Of a stretch of 64,000 bases of DNA, positions 14,433 to 25,626 are shown piece after piece. Origin of the DNA: Batkoa obscura (lineage: Eukaryota). The stretch lies in contig JASVEC010000024.1 in the NCBI GenBank assembly GCA_030770535.1, forward strand, positions 558,001 to 622,000. The letters run 5' to 3'. The notes below the pieces were generated by a model. That model had not been told where the DNA came from and searched no databases. It worked only from the letters and a program-made list of their open reading frames with translations. Position 1 is the stretch's first letter, and each line of letters begins with the position of its first letter. Both the position numbers and the translations under genes were made by a program.

Positions 14433-16277
14433 ATGGAAAACAATAGAGATTCAAGTTTTAATTCAGATCGGCCAGCAATGCCGCGCTTGACTTCCAGCTC
14501 CAATGTGGCGCTCGAAAAGCTTAAGCGTAGAGCAACAACTATCCGAGCACTTAGCTCAATTAAACTTGAACTTGGTAAAGAGCCTAACGCAGAAGAAAAG
14601 CAACAGAAACAAGAAAATATTTCACCGCTTAATTCTATTAGACTTGCTAATGCCAGGAATAGGATGTCTTCGGTAACAAAAATGGACTTTGATCCAGCAT
14701 CTTTAGAATCTTTAAAAAATGGAGAAATATCCGATGCTGCAACGCTTGAAAATTTGAATAAAAAATTAGTAGAAGCTACTATAAATGAAAAAGAAAGTTT
14801 TGAAATGGATAAAGAATTAACTTCAGGTAATAATTTTCATGAAAATCTAGTTTACGATATTAAAACTTTGTAGAAAAAATCGTTAGTTTTAAAAAATTAT
14901 TTATTAAGTTGGACTCTAAAACAAAAAAAATAATATATACTGGTCCATTAACTATAGCAAGTCTGAATATGCTTTTTGTTGAAAACTTTCATTATCATCC
15001 AGGATCGGATCCTTTTCCAGCTTTATATATTCGCGACCCTTTTGTTAATGTTTTTTATGAACTTGAGGATGTAAATGAAGTAAAGGATGGCTCGATATTA
15101 CAACTTAATGTAACAAGTAATTTACTTTCTTTATAATTTAATTTTTATACTTATTAATCTTTTAGTTTCATCTAACGACCTTAAAAAAGAGATTGATAGT
15201 CAATTTTCTACTATGGTGATGGAAATAAAGGATTTACGACGCCTTATTGCTAGGAACAACGGTGAAAACCGTAAAGCAGCAAACACTTTAAGTATGGCAA
15301 TTCCAAATAATAACTCTAGGTTCAATGAGATTGTTAAATTAGCGGTTGCACAAAGTAGGGAAGCTCAAGCAAGTACCTCAACAATAAGTTCTTCAGAAGT
15401 ACCAGCTCAGGTACCTCAAGTCGACCTTAAACCAATTAATGAAGAAATTAAATCCTTGAAGAATGAGATATCTGTAATACGTCAGCTATCAAATGAGTTC
15501 CAAAAAGAATCAAATGATATGATCCAAGAAATTTCAAAGTCCACGGCGTTATTTACCGAACAACTTTCAAATGATAGTCAAAGTATGCAAAAGATTTTAG
15601 CAGCCGGTAAAGAACGTATGGAACAAAATGCATTAACATTAGCAAATAAATTGGAAGAGATCCAAATTAACGTTGATGATTTCCGCTCCGATCTTCTCCA
15701 ACGTCGTAGTCAGCCAAGTGAATTGAGAATGAAATATACGTTAAAATTGCTAGATGAAGTAAACGAAATGTTACTACATGAAAGTGAATTTATTTCTGAA
15801 GTCAAACCAACATGGAAAAAAGCCTGGGAAGAAAACCTTCAAAATATTGTACAAGAGCAACAAGCTTTAAAGGAGCAAGAATCTATTGTTGAGGATATGC
15901 GAGCAGATTTGACGAATTTAACGGAAACTTTCAATCAGCTCCAAGAGTTTATAAAGCTGAAACGTAAAGCAAGTCATTCTTCTAGAAAATCATTTGAGGT
16001 AGCCCCTATTGATGAAAATTTTTCCAGAGATGCAGTGCTTCAAGAAATTCAATGTGTGAATATTAATTCAGAAAAGAGACTAAAAGCACTTGAACAAGCT
16101 ATTCAAGCAAGGCAATGGGAAATAGAAAACCAAGTGGATCCATTTGAAGAAGAACTTACTGGGTTTGTTACCTCCGCAAAACTGCGTAAAACAGGGGGTA
16201 CTGAAGAACTTGATAGAAGAAGACGCGAACAAGATGAGCAAAATCTCAAAGCTATGTTAGCTGCTCGCCAAAAATAA
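14433..16277 (+). CDS. BUD6: Actin-interacting polarity protein Bud6/Aip3
   Basis: LTIASLNMLFVENF, FPALYIRDP..VFYELED..EVKDGSILQLN, KPTWKKAWEENLQNIVQEQ, LRKTGGTEELDR. Confidence 0.88.
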
Positions 16278-16569
16278 TTTAAAATAGTTTAAGCTCGTTT
16301 CTTTTTTTGTAATAAAGTTAATTTTTTATTAACCCTTAATCCAAATTGTAAAGCCAAACTCAACACCAATACTGGTTGTTTTTATATTTATTTAGCATCG
16401 TTGACTAGTAAAATCAACATTTAAACTGAACAATAAACTATTTGTTACCTGTTGCTTTATGAAGAGTAATATTCAAGCAGAAATTTTATATCATGTCAAT
16501 AGTTAAACTAAATGTATAATTGTAAAAAATATCTTGAACTATTTAATTTTATAAAACAATGCTAAAAAA

Positions 16570-17543
16570 TTAGCCAGGTGGAAGTGAAGACAAATCAACT
16601 TGAGGTGAGGAATCTTCCTCATCTTCCTTAACGTCATATTGATCCAAGCTTGACCTTTGCATAGCCATTGCACCTAATAAACAATTAACGAATTGATTAA
16701 AATTTTAAATAAACTTTACCTGATCGAGCAGCCTCAAGAACACCATAAGGTTTTAACAACGTTAAAAAGGCTTCAACTCTTTGACTTTTAGCACTCAATT
16801 CAATCACAACACATTCATTTGTAACGTCGATAATTCTACCCTGGAAAAGATCCGTAAGTTGTTTTAATGCTGTAAGATTGTTTTGTGAACTAGAATGATT
16901 AATTTTAATACTTTCGGTTTCTTCTTCAGCTGACTCAGATCTAAGTCCATGTAATGAAACTTTAGCCATCAATAATTCTCTTTCCAAATATTTTGTTCCT
17001 GTATAATCCAACACTGCCCATACAGGTACCTATTGATAATTGGTTTGTCAATAAATCATCTTCAAAATAATATATATTTACCAAATCTTGTAATTGTCTT
17101 ACAGCTTGTTTTACTACCACTGGACTTTCATTCAATACAATAGTCATACGTGATAAATCTTTGATGTCCGTTTTAGCACATATGATTGAATCAATATTGA
17201 AATTTCTTCCAGCCAACACACCAGATATCCTTGATAAAACACCAGGTTCATTACCAACCAAACAGTTAATTACATGACGACGTGAAGGAGCTAAAGAAGT
17301 ATTAGGCATATCATAAAGGATATTGGTAACCGCTTCTTCTGTTGATCTTTCAGCAATTGCAATAGGCTGCATACGCTTTCTTTTCGGATATTTTTTTATT
17401 TCTACATAGGACCTTATCACACTTTTAGACGGAGTTAGATTAAAATTATAACTTTTATTAATCAAACTCGATTTAATACCATGATTAGGAGCATTTATTA
17501 TGGTATTAAGCGGTTTGATTCCACTACTGAAAAGATATCTCAT
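16570..17543 (-). CDS. ILV6: Acetolactate synthase small (regulatory) subunit, mitochondrial
   Basis: HVINCLVGNEPGVLSRISGVLAGRNFNIDS, DLSRMTIVL, ERELLMAKVS, YGVLEAARSG, C-terminus DLSSLPPG*. Confidence 0.95.
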
Positions 17544-17641
17544 ATATCTTTTGCTTTTTTAAAAATAAAACTCCTCCGTTTTCAAAATACTTTTTGCTTA
17601 TATACTTTTATTTGAAGTACCTTTATTTTCTCTTATAAAAT

Positions 17642-17650
17642 ATGACTCAC
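17642..17650. promoter_or_regulatory. Gcn4/CpcA (AP-1-like) site upstream of ILV6
   Basis: ATGACTCAC about 100 bp upstream of the ILV6 ATG. TGACTCA is the established Gcn4 core. Confidence 0.55.
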
Positions 17651-17900
17651 TAAGTATAATGTGACGATTCATTTATCTTTATGTTTCTGATAAAGCGATA
17701 TTATTGGTGGATTAAGGGTTATGTAAGATAATCAATGAAGAATGAAATGAATAAAATCCAAGTGATAATTAAAAGTTTTTGTCAAGGTAACTTTTCAATA
17801 TGATATTCTGAAAAGCTCGTAAAAAATACATGGTTTTTATGAATATAGATATAGATATTTCTAATAGTAGACATGAATCAAGATTCTTAATTAAGAATAT

Positions 17901-17997
17901 GGGGCTGTTTTTTTTAGTTTCATTATTTTTCCATTTTTAAGCGCTATTTATGTGGAAAAATTGTCAGTAAAATTCTTAAATACAAAAATACATCCCC
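17901..17997 (+). mobile_element. 97-bp MITE, ATAT TSD
   Basis: ATAT|GGGGCTGTTTTTTT...AAAAATACATCCCC|ATAT. Confidence 0.93.
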
Positions 17998-18401
17998 ATA
18001 TGTTGAAAAGTAGGTGAACGTGTTTCTTGTTTCAATATTTTTCAATATTTTATAAAATTTATTCTACAAAAAATAGTCAAATATATGAAATTGAAAATAC
18101 ATTGTTATATATTTAAAATCTTTAGTTGAAAACGATGGTCAAGAACTGTCTTTGATACATATTTTGTAAAGTAGCATTTCTAAAGATAAATAACGATATT
18201 TTGTAAATGATTTTGATAAAGCTCTCAAAAATCTAAATTTGAGGTAAACCAGGAGAGGTACAGATACTAGGTAATTAAATACAGCGATGACCGTCTACCA
18301 AGCTGAACACCCTTTGAAAAGGATAACAATAGCTACTTTAATTATGCTTTTTTATTGAGATTTTTTATTGAATAGCCTTTAACAATTATTTAAGACCATA
18401 T

Positions 18402-18501
18402 GGGAGTGTTTTTTTTAACTTCATTATTTTTTCCATTTTTTAAGCGCTATTTAAGCGGAAAAATTGTTAATAAAATTCTTAAACACAAAAATACATCCCC
18501 C
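18402..18501 (+). mobile_element. ~97-bp MITE
   Basis: ATAT|GGGAGTGTTTTTT...AAAAATACATCCCCC|GTAT. Confidence 0.9.
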
Positions 18502-19933
18502 GTATGTTACATGTATAGTTCCAGTTTTGCCATTTCTTATAGATTAAATAGTATTTATAGATTAAACATCCTTTTTAACAAGGCTGTTGTTGCAGAATGT
18601 TTTAGTTTTTATAATGCTTTACTCTTGACTAAATATATCATGATGATAAATTGGTATATATAAGACATCTCGCAATCCCTCTATATCTCCTTCAGAACTA
18701 AACCGAAAAATCTATGAATAGCTAATTTTTTTCAAGTATTGATATCTCCCCCTCTATCTATCAACACTAAAATTAAACAGAGTGCTTATACTTCGTGGAC
18801 TTAACCAAGCTCATTTACATATCAAACTCATATATCATACATCTAACAAAATTGAGTAGATTTGATCTAAATAAATATAAAATATTTAATTATCAATATT
18901 ATAACCTGCCTATTTAACTTTATCATTGGTATATGGGGCTGTCTGAATTAGTTTCATTATTTTATTCGATTTTTGAAAAATTTTGTATTTTAAAAATTTC
19001 GCTTAAAATTCTATAAAATCAAATCTTTTATTAAAACAAAAGTACCCGGACACAGTTCTAAATCATCCTATTACAGTTTATACTGTAAGTTAGTTGAATT
19101 TCTACTAAATCTTAAATACATATTCTTATAAAACTTTATTGAGGAATATTTATTATCAACTGCTTTATAACCAACATTGCAGATTTGTTATCAAATAAAT
19201 AAACTATTTTATGTTATAATTACATTATTAGTATATTACCAAGTTAATAAATAGCTGCATGGGAGGGAGCGGTTAGCCCCAAAACTATAATTAGCCATCC
19301 CTATATAGCACAAGTAATAATGGTTTTTACATATTATTACGGCTACATATTCTTTGACTATTTATTAACTTAGCTATCAATAACTTAAGTAATCTTAACA
19401 TTTAATAATCTATTTCTATCATTTAAAAAAATACCTAATTGCTTAGTAAATATCAAAATTTTTAAATCCTCTGTTATCTTCGTAAGGTAAGCTGGGATCG
19501 ATCTTTTAATTTTTCTATTTTCTATAGACTCTATAACTTTAATTCGAACTATATCGCTTTTTTTTGATGTATCAGATACTGGATAACAATATAGTTTATT
19601 ATTATGTTTAATAACATGTAAATACTTCTTTAATGCCTTGGATCTCTATTATTCTTTTTGTATTTTTGTTTCTTTCATACTTTTTAAAGATTATATCTGT
19701 TTTCCCATTATTAACCGTCGAGTTATTAATTTTATTATGTTCGCAAATAAAAATCTCAAATTTTGAAATTAATTGATTGATATCTTCTATTTTACCTAAC
19801 GCTTCAAAACTACTTCTGCATTTTGAAAGGTTTCCAAAATGTCCATCAACTATACTTTTTCCATGATGTTCAGCAAAAAAATTAACATTAACATTCAAAC
19901 TACCATTTATTTTATGAATTTCTTTAAACATAT

Positions 19934-20134
19934 GGGGTTGTCCGAATTGGTTTCAGAATTTACCCAGAAGTTAATCCAATTCTTAAATTTGTGTCTAATA
20001 TGATGGTTAAATCTGAAAAGCCTAAATTAAATCTCTTTATTCAAAACTTATTTTAATTGTTTCCTTTTTTTTAATAGCTAATTTTCCTAATTATATATTT
20101 TATGTTCTTTATGTTAGATATTTAGTAGATATAT
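19934..20134 (+). mobile_element. Solo inverted ~200-bp 5' end of a third copy of the transposon
   Basis: GGGGTTGTCCGAATTGGTTTCAGAAT...GTTAGATATTTAGTAGATATAT is a diverged reverse complement of ~22495-22699. Confidence 0.88.
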
Positions 20135-20270
20135 GGGGTTGTCTGAATTAGTTTCATTATTTTATCCAATTTTAAAAAAATTTGTATTTTAAAAACTTCG
20201 CTTAAAATTCTATAAAATCACATCTTTTATTAAAACAAAAGTACCCAAACACAGTTCTAAACCATTATAT

Positions 20271-20367
20271 GGGGCTGTTTTTTTTGGCTTCATTACTTTT
20301 TCTCTTTTAAGTGCTATTCGAGCGGAAAATTTGTTAGTAGGATTCTTAAACATAAAAATACATCCCC
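20271..20367 (+). mobile_element. 97-bp MITE inside the 3' subterminal region of the intact transposon
   Basis: ATAT|GGGGCTG...CATCCCC|ATAT. The corresponding site in the outer copy (~19062-19076) is empty. Confidence 0.93.
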
Positions 20368-20685
20368 ATATTATAGCTCATACTGTAAGTTAGTTGAATT
20401 TCTACTAGATCTTAAATACATGTTCTTATAAAGCTTAATTGAGAAATATTTATTATCAACTGCTTTATAACCAACATCGTAGATTTATTATCAAATAAAT
20501 AAACTACTTTAATGTTATAATTACATTATTAATATATTGCCAAGTTAATAAATAGCTGCATGGGAGGGAGTGGTCAGCCCCAAAACTATAATTGACCATC
20601 CCTATATAGTACAAGTAATAATAGTTTTTACATATTATTACAGTTACTTGTTCTTTGACTATTTATTAACTTAGCTATTAATAAC

Positions 20686-22389
20686 TTAAGTAATCCTAAC
20701 ATTTAACAATCTATTTCTATCATTCAACAAACTACTTACTTGCTTAGTAAATATCGAAATTTTCAAATTCTCTGTTATCTTTGTAAGGTAAGCTGGGATC
20801 GATCTTTTAATTTTTCTGTTTTCTATAGACTCTATAACTTTAATTGGGACTATATCGCTTTTTTTTGATGTATCAGATACTGGATAACAATGTAGTTTAT
20901 TGTTATGTTTAATAAAATGTAAATACTTGTTAATGCCCTGCATCTCTATTATTCTTTTTGTATTTTTGTTTCTTTTATACTTTTTAAAAATTATATCTGT
21001 TTTCCCATTATTAACAGTCGAGTTATTAATTTTATTATGCTCGCAAATAAAAGCCTCAAATCTTGAAATTAATTGATCGATATCTTCTATTTTACCTAAC
21101 GCTTCAAAACTACTTTTCCATTTTGAAAGGTTTCCAAAATGTCCATCAACTATACTTTTTCCATGATGCTCAGCAAAAAAATTAAGATTAACATTCAAAC
21201 TACTATTTATTTTATGAATTTGTTTAAACATATAATGTAAGAACTCTTGGGATCTAAAATGATTTCCTGTATCTGCCCATATATTAATTTTTGTAAACTT
21301 TTTAAATAGAAGCTCTGTAGAGATTAAATCGATTAAACAATCTCCTGCATATGCTGAATCATGATTCAATATTTCAGATAAATAATCAAAGTAAACTTTG
21401 TCTATTTTTTTATCATCTTTCAAATATAAAACACCAAAACCTAATACTGATATAACTTGTTTATTATAATGATCTAAATTTATTGAATCTGGTCTTGTCC
21501 CTATTTCCATATTTTGTTTAAAATCTAAAACTATTATACAACTTTTGTTATTTAATTTTTTAATAGTTTCATTAAATGTGCTTTTTTGAGTATCAACACA
21601 GAATTTATGTAATTTGTATAATTTTTCTTCTTCGTTGAAAATTTCTTCTATCTCTGTTTTGTTTTTTGCTGTATTTATTTTATTTTCAAATAACTTTTTT
21701 CTAACTGTATACTGGGTACATATATTACATAGATCCGTTTTTCTTGCTGGATTTTTGAAATTACTTGGTATATATTTAAAGAACGTTGACCTAGCTACTG
21801 CTTTATCTCTTAGATCATTCAAATATTTACTATATATCATTCTTCTACTTTTATTTAATATATATATATTATCTGATGAATATTTACTATCATTATTTTT
21901 TTTATTAAATCTTGATGAAATAGTTGAATCATTTAGTAAATATTGTATGATAGTTTCAATTTGGTCATCTTTAATTTTTTTTGTATTTTTAATAATAGGT
22001 TGTAATGTTGATATTTTATTATTATTACTTGTTTTTGAATAATCATATTGATTTCTATTTATATTAAACCCAAAACTCTTACATTCATCAAAAGAATATA
22101 CTGAAGCTATAGTTGATAATAACGCTACTTGCTGACTTTTGTTTCCTGTTTCCCTTAAAGCACTAATTTTATACATTACTTGATTAAGTTTATTATTATC
22201 GATAGTAAACTTTGATAATATATCTTTTCTTTGTTTTGTTTTATTATAAAATTCCATGAACCTTGGGTTGTTATAAGTAGCTCTTAAAATTGATGTAAAT
22301 GAATTACAATGTTTATATTGTGTACTCCTCCCTATTGTATTGAAGTTTTCAAAAATTCCATTTCGAAGTTTAGTTATGAAAGTTTGCAT
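20686..22389 (-). CDS. DDD transposase, Sola-like, 567 aa, intronless
   Basis: LLSTIASVYS..E...GF motif; DLCNIC...HK putative Zn site; candidate catalytic Asp residues in VLDFKQN, IWADTGNHFRS and FFAEHHGKSIVDGHFG. These resemble Sola2 DFxEN / SDG / HGKxxxDG motifs as I recall them. Confidence 0.8.
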   Translation of the reverse strand: MQTFITKLRNGIFENFNTIGRSTQYKHCNSFTSILRATYNNPRFMEFYNKTKQRKDILSKFTIDNNKLNQVMYKISALRETGNKSQQVALLSTIASVYSFDECKSFGFNINRNQYDYSKTSNNNKISTLQPIIKNTKKIKDDQIETIIQYLLNDSTISSRFNKKNNDSKYSSDNIYILNKSRRMIYSKYLNDLRDKAVARSTFFKYIPSNFKNPARKTDLCNICTQYTVRKKLFENKINTAKNKTEIEEIFNEEEKLYKLHKFCVDTQKSTFNETIKKLNNKSCIIVLDFKQNMEIGTRPDSINLDHYNKQVISVLGFGVLYLKDDKKIDKVYFDYLSEILNHDSAYAGDCLIDLISTELLFKKFTKINIWADTGNHFRSQEFLHYMFKQIHKINSSLNVNLNFFAEHHGKSIVDGHFGNLSKWKSSFEALGKIEDIDQLISRFEAFICEHNKINNSTVNNGKTDIIFKKYKRNKNTKRIIEMQGINKYLHFIKHNNKLHCYPVSDTSKKSDIVPIKVIESIENRKIKRSIPAYLTKITENLKISIFTKQVSSLLNDRNRLLNVRIT

Positions 22390-23564
22390 TTTATTTTTAT
22401 TTCAACAAAAAATAAAGTCAAATAAAGTCAAATAACTGTGTTTATATAATTATGTATTTATATAATTATATAATCATATAGTTATATATTATATATCTGT
22501 TAAATATCTAACAGAACTAACATAAAATATATAGTTAGGAAAATTAGCTATTTAAGAAAAGGAAACAATTAAAATAAGTTTTAAATAGAGACATTTAATT
22601 TTAGGCTTTTTAGATTTAACCGTTATATTGAACACAAACTTGGAATTTTAAATTTGGATTAATTTCTAAGTAGATTCTGAAACCAATTAGGACAGCCCCA
22701 TATAATGTAGGAACTCTTGGGATCTAAAATAATTTCTTATATCTGCCCATATATTAATTTTTATGAACTTAAATAAAAGCTCTGTAGAGATTAAATCGAT
22801 TAAACAATCTCCTGCATATGCTGAATCATGATTTAATATTTCAGATAAATAATCAAAGTAAACTTTGTCTATTTTTTTATCATCTTTCAAATATAAAACA
22901 CCAAAACCTAATACTGATATAACTTGTTTATTATAATGATCTAAATTTATTGAACCTGGTCTTGTTCCTATTTCGATATTTTGTTTAAAATCTAAAATTA
23001 TTATACAACTTTTATTATTTAATTTTTTAATAGTTTCATTAAATGTGCTTTTTTGAGTATCAACACAGAATTTATGTAATTTGTATAATTTTTCTTCTTT
23101 GTTGAAAATTTCTTCTATCTCTGCTTTGTTTTTTGTTGTATTTGTTTTATTTTTGAATAACTTTTTCCTGAATGTATACTGGGGACATATATCACATAAA
23201 TCTGTTTTTCTTGCTGCATTTTTCAAATTACTTGGTATACGTTTAAAAAATGTTGACCCAGCTACTGCTTTATCCCTTAGATCATCAAAATATTTACTAT
23301 ATATCATTCTTCTACTTTTATTTAAATATATATTATCTGATGAATATTTACTATCATTATTTTTTTTATTAAATCTTGATGAAATAGTTGAATCATTTAG
23401 TAAATATTGTATGATAGTTCCAATTTGCTCATCTTTAATTTTTTTTTGTATTTTTAATAATAGGTTGTAATGTTGATATTTTATTATTATTACTTGTTTT
23501 TGAATAATCATATTGATTTCTATTTATATTAAATCCAAAGCTCTTACATTCATCAAAAGAATAT

Positions 23565-23662
23565 GGGGATGTGTTTTTGTATTTAAGAATTTTACTAGCA
23601 ATTTTTCCACTTAAATAACGCTTAAAAGATGAAAAAATAATGAAATCAAAAAAAACATCCCC
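23565..23662 (-). mobile_element. 98-bp MITE disrupting the transposase of the outer copy
   Basis: AAAAGA-ATAT|GGGGATG...CATCCCC|ATAT-ACTG. The intact copy reads AAAAGA-ATAT-ACTG near 22090-22103. Confidence 0.95.
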
Positions 23663-24081
23663 ATATACTGAAGCTATAATTGATAATAACGCTACTTGTT
23701 GGTTTTTATTTCCTGTTTCCCTTAAAGCACTAATTTTATACATTGCTTAATTAAGTTTATTATTATCGATAGTAAACTTTGATAATATATCTTTTCCTTG
23801 TTTTGTTTTATTATAAAATTCCATAAACCCTGGGTTGTTGTAAGTAGCTTTTAAAATTAATGTAAATGAATTATAATGTTTATGTTGTGTACTCCTCTCT
23901 ATTGTATTGAGATTTTCAAAAACTCCATTTCGAAGTTTAGCTATGAAAGTTTGTATTTTATTTTTATTTCAACAAAAAATAAAGCCAAATAACTGTAATT
24001 ATATAATTATATAATTATATAATCATATAGTTATATATTATATATCTATTAAATATCTAACAGAAATAACATAAAACATAT

Positions 24082-24179
24082 GGGGCTGTTTTTTTTAGTT
24101 TCATTATTTTTCCATTTTTTAAGCACTATTTATGTGGAAAAATTGTCAGTAAAATTCTTAAATACAAAAATACATCCCC
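24082..24179 (+). mobile_element. 98-bp MITE in the 5' region of the outer copy
   Basis: ATAT|GGGGCTG...CATCCCC|ATAT, nearly identical to 17901-17997. Confidence 0.93.
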
Positions 24180-24618
24180 ATATAATTAGGAAAATTAGCT
24201 ATTTAAGAAAAGGAAACAATTATGTGAAATATCGCTTTGTCAGTCCCATGGTTAAATATTTTGATTTGTTATGAGAATTTCTAGTTCCACCCAAAAGAAT
24301 ATTATCTTCCCATTTTGATACTTATACTTTTCAGAGTATAAAAGAGTTTACAGAGTATAGTAGTTCGAGGCTTTTTAACTGAATTAATCCCTGATATCTC
24401 GAACATTTGATAAAGCCACTAAGTTTTCTTAATAGTATTTTACATAGATTTTACATTAGTATTGTCTATTCTTTTTGTCTTATATAGCTTGTAACCTATT
24501 ACGTGCTATTCCTCATAATCCAAGTCTATCTTAGTCACATAAACTAAGACCTTTCGACTTATAGTGTAGTCAACCCAGCAATAGCTGTTCTTGACTCCAA
24601 ACCCTGAGTACCAGATTT

Positions 24619-24717
24619 CACAATGCTTTTTTTAATTTCATTATTTTTTCTATTTTTTAAGCGCTATTTGAGCGAAGAATTTGTTAGTAAAATCCTTAAA
24701 CACAAAAATACATCCCC
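24619..24717 (+). mobile_element. MITE copy with decayed left TIR
   Basis: Body and right end AAAAATACATCCCC|ATTT are intact. ATTT also occurs at 24615-24618. Confidence 0.8.
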
Positions 24718-25425
24718 ATTTATCAAAAACAGAAAAAAAGTACGTTGTTATTCCTATCCATCCTTAACACATCACCACCTCTGCTAAAAAAAGGTATAAC
24801 GCATAAAGCGTTAGGAAAACCAAAGCAGTATCAGGACTAAAACCAGAAGGAACAGGAGGAAATTAGCTTAAATTTATTAAGTGTTATAAACATATCAGTA
24901 ATTATCTCGAGTTTTTTCTCTCTAAAAAATCTTGTAATAACTAATAAAGCTTTATTAAAGCAAAAACACTATACTGTATAGCATATAATAAAATTGCTAA
25001 GATTATTTATAGACAATTATTAAATTAACAGATTTTACGTAGTAATGCCAAGATGATTTTCATTATTAGTTACTAATAGGTAACAATTCCTATAATTTCT
25101 ACAATACGAGCAATTATCAAAAATGTCCCAATGTTAAAGTTAATAATCGATATAAACAGTTTTTGATTTTATTAAGGACAAACTGTATTTTTTATAGGAA
25201 ACTTCTAAACAGTATACCGAATACTATCTAGACACACCCTTTTTATGTAGTGATCATTGTATTCAATTATAATAAAATATGGGTATAGGCCAGTTGTCTG
25301 GTATGCTATTAGCGTACATTTCTAGCCATAATACTCTTTTTCTTATATACAACATGGTCTAAAATAATCAAACACAATGAAAAGTTAGGATTTTACTGAC
25401 TTACAAACCAATAAAAAAGCAACAT

Positions 25426-25626
25426 GGGGATGTATTTTTGTATTTAGGAGCTTTACTAACAATTTTTCTACTCAAATAGTGCTTAAAAGATGGAAAAAAT
25501 GATGAAGCTAAAAAAAACATTTCTACATGGGGGTGTTTTTTTGGCTTCGTTATTTTTTCCATCTTTTAAGCGCTATTTAAGCGGAAAAATTATTAGCAAA
25601 ATTCTTAAACACAGAAATACATCCCC
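25426..25626. mobile_element. Two MITE copies head-to-head (25426-25524 minus, 25529-25626 plus)
   Basis: ACAT|GGGGATG...AAACATTTCT|ACAT|GGGGGTG...CATCCCC|ATAT. Confidence 0.9.

Larger units (their letters stand above)
20135..22699 (-). mobile_element. Apparently complete Sola-like (Sola2/3-type) cut-and-paste DNA transposon
   Basis: Left end GGGGTTGTCTGAATTAGTTTCA versus right-end reverse complement GGGGCTGTCCTAATTGGTTTCA (18/22 match). ATAT on both flanks. Contains one long ORF. Confidence 0.88.
18935..24222 (-). mobile_element. Defective outer copy of the Sola-like transposon, split by a nested insertion
   Basis: Begins ATAT|GGGGCTGTCTGAATTAGTTTCA. 18935-19933 matches the 3' part and 22700-24222 the 5' part of the intact copy. 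It has frameshifts, ATG changed to ATA and two MITE insertions. Similarity stops at ~24222, so the second TIR is missing. Confidence 0.9.

Noticed and set aside
18400..18663. Short ORFs beginning MG(V/L)FFL here and at 24080, plus the ORF at 25490, as a small-protein family
   Set aside because: They are read-throughs of MITE sequence; at 18400 and 24080 the ATG is formed by the TSD plus the first G.
21614..23470. Plus-strand ORFs 21614-22042 and 23081-23470 as a second transposon gene
   Set aside because: They are antisense shadows of the Lys/Asn-rich transposase with no recognisable motifs.
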